Shown here: piece by piece, positions 60,666 through 64,000 of the stretch | Position numbering within the stretch: the first letter of the stretch is position 1 | How the letters are laid out: each line of letters begins with the position of its first letter | DNA from: Promethearchaeota archaeon | GTDB taxonomy: Archaea; Asgardarchaeota; Lokiarchaeia; Sigyniarchaeales; SOKP01 | Reading direction: 5' to 3' | Assembly (NCBI GenBank): GCA_048937405.1 | Contig: JBHLNF010000013.1 | Span: 19,332-83,331 of the forward strand | DNA: 64,000 nucleotides | Made by a program: the position numbers and the translations under genes | Notes under the pieces: generated by a model | Told to the model about the DNA's origin: nothing | Database searches by the model: none | Seen by the model: the letters and a program-made list of their open reading frames with translations, nothing else

Positions 60666-60783
60666 GGCTCCTGCCAATAAGCCTCAGAAAGAGGCATAAA
60701 ATTTTAAAAGGCAGAGTAGGTAAATCTTATGTGTAATTTCTTACACAACCAAAAGACAAAAATCCAGGGGATTGACAGGAGCC
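60666..60783 (-). ncRNA. Unrecognised structured RNA/element, copy B (orientation provisional)
   Basis: 13-bp closing stem GGCTCCTGTCAAT/ATTGGCAGGAGCC, same 22-mer (60748-60769), hairpins GTGTAA-GAAA-TTACAC and GCCTC/GAGGC; lies between convergent genes. Confidence 0.7.
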
Positions 60784-60949
60784 ATATTTAATACTTTTAT
60801 ACTTATCATAAAAATTATGTTTATATCTTATACATTTCTTAAGATATATAAAAATTTTAGCTGAATAGATTACCTAATTTTTAATAAAGTTAATTTGAAA
60901 GAATTTGGATTTGATAAATATAAATTCTTATTTTTAAGTGTTTTATTTC

Positions 60950-62389
60950 TCAAAAAAAAATTCCGTTCTTTTGATCTTCTATTGGTTCTGAATGAAGAAA
61001 TACAGAATCTAAATTATCAATCCCTAGTTTTTCTTTAATATTTGTTTCCAATTCAGAAATATATTCATGAGTTTGCGAAATATTTAATGATCCTTCAAAA
61101 AATATATGCATTTCTAAAATACAATAATCGATTGTTGCCCAGAATTCTAATCCATGGTATCCCTTAACATGAGAATGAGCTCTTAAAACTTCTTCCACAT
61201 TTTCTCTTATTTGTTGTAACATTTCTGGACCTACATCAGCACATTTTATTTGATCAGGTATTGAAGTTTCAATATGAGTTTGAGCTTCAATATGGGTTAT
61301 GACTCTAGATATAAGAGGAGATTGTTTCTTTATCTCATCTTCAAACATAGAGGATATCTTATGAGCATCTTTAAGTGAAAGTGCATCATCAACACTTATA
61401 ATTAAAGAAATAAAATACTCATTTTCAATTCGAAAGATATTTAGATCCTTAATATTTTCGATTTTTGGGTATTCAGATTTCATAGACAAAATTAAATTCA
61501 ATAATCCCTCACCAATAGATTTTTCGCTAGCCATAGGGTTCATTTCAATAATACACTCAACCTCATATAAAGGAAATAGTTTTTCACTCATACTTCTTAT
61601 GGATTTGATGATTTCATTTGCATGTACAATGGAAATATGATCTTCAACTGACAAATGAACTTCTAAAAATAAAGTTTTACCACTTGTTCGGATTTTTATA
61701 TCATGAACACCAATTACATGTTCTAAAACGAAAATCTTTTGTCTTAAATCTTCTATAATAATTAGATTTACAGGATTTGTATCAGTAAGTTCTTTTATTC
61801 CATCTCTAGCTAATTTTACAGCTCCAGTGATAATCCAAATAGATAAAGCAATACTAAAGATTGGATCAAAATAATAAATATTAAAATTTGCTATAATAAA
61901 ACTGAATATTACTAGAAGAGCTCGTAGGGAATCTTGAAATAAATTAAGTCCTTGTACTTTTAAAGTTAAACTTTTAGAACGTTTACCCTGATAAATAAGA
62001 ATTCTGGAAAAGATTACATTTATTGAAAAAGAAATTATTAAAATTATTAATCCTGTTTCAGGATTAGTAATTAGAAAACTCTGTTGTATAATAACTTGAA
62101 TCGCATTATAGATTAATAAAATATATATATTCATTAAAATAATTCCTTGAATTAAGGCTCCTATAGAATCTATCTTCTTATGACCATACATATGCTCATA
62201 ATCCGCGGGTTTTTCACTATGATAAATAGAATATAAAGAAATAGAAACAAATAAAATATCAATAAGAGTATCTACCGTCTCAGAAAGAAAACTTAAACTA
62301 CCTGTAATTATAACTCCAATTACTTTTAATATAGACTGGATTAAAACTATCAAAACGGTTAAGAAAGCGAATTTGAATTTAGTATCCAT
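60950..62389 (-). CDS. Cation diffusion facilitator with three C-terminal dimerisation (ZT_dimer) domains
   Basis: SLSFLSE.VD...D, PADYEHMYGH.K, three H-S/A-H...H.E repeats. Confidence 0.88.
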   Translation of the reverse strand: MDTKFKFAFLTVLIVLIQSILKVIGVIITGSLSFLSETVDTLIDILFVSISLYSIYHSEKPADYEHMYGHKKIDSIGALIQGIILMNIYILLIYNAIQVIIQQSFLITNPETGLIILIISFSINVIFSRILIYQGKRSKSLTLKVQGLNLFQDSLRALLVIFSFIIANFNIYYFDPIFSIALSIWIITGAVKLARDGIKELTDTNPVNLIIIEDLRQKIFVLEHVIGVHDIKIRTSGKTLFLEVHLSVEDHISIVHANEIIKSIRSMSEKLFPLYEVECIIEMNPMASEKSIGEGLLNLILSMKSEYPKIENIKDLNIFRIENEYFISLIISVDDALSLKDAHKISSMFEDEIKKQSPLISRVITHIEAQTHIETSIPDQIKCADVGPEMLQQIRENVEEVLRAHSHVKGYHGLEFWATIDYCILEMHIFFEGSLNISQTHEYISELETNIKEKLGIDNLDSVFLHSEPIEDQKNGIFF

Positions 62390-62560
62390 AGGATAATGAT
62401 TTAATATAATTTTTGAATTATAAAACGTTAAAATGTAACTCTATAAATGTATAATAAATAATAATCTTTGACTAAAAGTTGTTTAATATTGGATTTAAAA
62501 AATCAGTATGTTCTGAATTAATTGTTTAAAAAAAAGAGAAATTTAATATTTCCTTTTTAT

Positions 62561-63439
62561 TTACCGTAATTCTCCTTCTGCAACAATGAAAGCTTTTCCT
62601 CCTACAGAAACACTAATTTGGCCTTCTTCTTTTTTTTCAGCTCTCAAGTGGAGCAAGGAAGGACGACCTACTTCATAACCTTGCTCAACTCTCACATCAA
62701 TAGTCTCTTTTATAAAGTATTGATGTTCCACTAAATACGCTGCTAAGCATCCATTTCCAGAACCCGTCGCAGGATCTTCTGGTATACCATGATAATGAGC
62801 AAAAACACGAACACTCAAATCATTATCTTTATTTCGAGTTTCAGGACAGAAAATTAAAATTGATTTTGCTTCGGTTTTTTCTACAAGATCTAAACATTTA
62901 TCTAAATTTACCTTAGCTCTCTTTAAGGCATCCAAATTCTTCAAGGGAACAATGATGAAAGGAATACCTGTAGAAACTTCTTGAATTGGAAACCTATCAT
63001 CAATATCAGAATCATCTAGATTTAGAATTTGAGATAATAACTCTGTATCAATAAATCTACCAAAATGAGGAGTTTGTTGTTCAATCCATATAACATCTGG
63101 TTTCCCAGATTTATATTTAAATAGAACGGGGATTGAACCAATTTTTAGATTAAGAAGGATTGTTTTAACATTTCCTTTAATTAATTCCTGCTGTATTACA
63201 AAACTAGTTCCTATTGTAGGATGTCCCGCAAAGGGTAATTCCGTTTCTGGTGTAAAAATTCTTACTTCATAATTCTCTTTTGAAGTAATGAATGTTGTTT
63301 CAGAATAATTCATCTCTTTTGCGATTTTTTGCATTTCAGCTTCAAAGAGTGTATTTTCACAAATAAAAACAGCGAGCTGATTTCCTTCAAATTTCTTTTC
63401 AGCAAATACGTCTACTATGTAAAATTTACATTTTGGCAT
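62561..63439 (-). CDS. PhzF/DAP-epimerase-like isomerase
   Basis: VDVF....GN.LAV, SETTF, FTP..ELPFAGHPT, EDPATGSG, EQG. Confidence 0.93.
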   Translation of the reverse strand: MPKCKFYIVDVFAEKKFEGNQLAVFICENTLFEAEMQKIAKEMNYSETTFITSKENYEVRIFTPETELPFAGHPTIGTSFVIQQELIKGNVKTILLNLKIGSIPVLFKYKSGKPDVIWIEQQTPHFGRFIDTELLSQILNLDDSDIDDRFPIQEVSTGIPFIIVPLKNLDALKRAKVNLDKCLDLVEKTEAKSILIFCPETRNKDNDLSVRVFAHYHGIPEDPATGSGNGCLAAYLVEHQYFIKETIDVRVEQGYEVGRPSLLHLRAEKKEEGQISVSVGGKAFIVAEGELR

Positions 63440-63613
63440 AAATAAACCTCTCTATAGAGTAAGATCTTAACAATTTTTTATATTTCATATGAAAAGCGAA
63501 TTATTTCTAAAATATAACAATTTTAGTTTTTCTTTAATATTTAATATATGAGATTCTTTTAAAATTTATAATTATATTTTTTAATAGAAAGAATAAGCTA
63601 AAAATGTTATAAT

Positions 63614-64000
63614 ATGAAAATTGAAGAATCCAAAAAAATTGGAAGATTATTTTTTGAAAAAATGTGGAGTAAGTCAAATCTTATTTATTACCAATGAAAT
63701 AATTGATTCAAAATAAAATCCAAGTTGGATTAATATAAATAAAGAAGGACCAGCTTAATTAAAACATAAAATTAAATATTTTCGAAATATTTTTCCAACC
63801 TTAATATAAGAAAAAGTTGAGATAAAAGGAGAAGAAAATAAGGTTTGGGTGCGCTATAAAGCATATGGTACTCACCTTGGAAAAGGATGGACTATTGAAC
63901 CTACTGGAAAAAAGATGTCATTTGAAGGAGCAATAATTCTGCATATCAACCCAGAAGGTAAGGTAATAGATCAGTGGGGTGCTTTTTGTTTTTATGATAT
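63614..64000 (+). pseudogene. SnoaL-like ester cyclase pseudogene, runs off the window edge
   Basis: MKIEESKKIGRLFFEKMW..., then frameshifts and premature stops, then KVWVRYKAYGTHLG....EPTGKKMSFEG....GKVIDQWG. Confidence 0.75.

Noticed and set aside
60706-60714. GCCUUUUA resembling U5 snRNA loop I in copy B
   Set aside because: Not conserved in copy A and not presented in a stem-loop.
60729-60791. Short peptide reading (C..LH.QKTKIQG) shared by both structured elements on the A-rich strand
   Set aside because: The core is identical at nucleotide level with no synonymous changes, while flanks covary as base pairs. This fits RNA/DNA structure rather than coding.
1-64000. CRISPR array, tRNA/rRNA genes, provirus or autonomous transposon
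   Set aside because: No regularly spaced repeats, cloverleafs, rRNA-like tracts, integrase, transposase or capsid genes were seen.

Overview
AT-rich archaeal chromosome segment, almost certainly Asgard (Lokiarchaeia-like). The basis is a Loki-CTERM-anchored protein, longin-like and roadblock/small-GTPase genes, archaeal RadA/TFB/FEN1/RPA and an archaeal-type SRP RNA. 1-12 kb: glutamate/redox metabolism (split GltB, NfnAB/SudAB, GDH, guaA, PepF). 12-36 kb: mixed housekeeping and hypothetical genes, a box C/D sRNA, SRP RNA, a Not4-type C4C4 RING protein and a Bud23-like methyltransferase. 37-61 kb: a cluster of divergent information-processing paralogues (SWIM-containing Hel308-like helicase, alternative TFB plus TFB-like fragments, RadA with an extra HhH domain, FEN1-like, RPA, roadblock + MglA-like GTPase, Regnase-like NYN nuclease). 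The strongest signals missing from the ORF track are: (1) two tandem micro-genes, each with an in-frame UGA just after a Cys (CxxU, CxxxxU) and sharing 5' and 3' flanking elements with covariation, which are candidate novel selenoproteins; (2) two inverted copies of an unrecognised ~120-nt structured element with an invariant 22-mer that bracket the 37-61 kb cluster; (3) a T-rich non-canonical BRE/TATA motif repeated upstream of about 11 genes at 33.8-56.7 kb, suggesting an alternative-TFB regulon; (4) apparent AUA/AUC start codons. No CRISPR array, tRNA or rRNA was seen. All family assignments come from motif recognition by eye, not from database searches.
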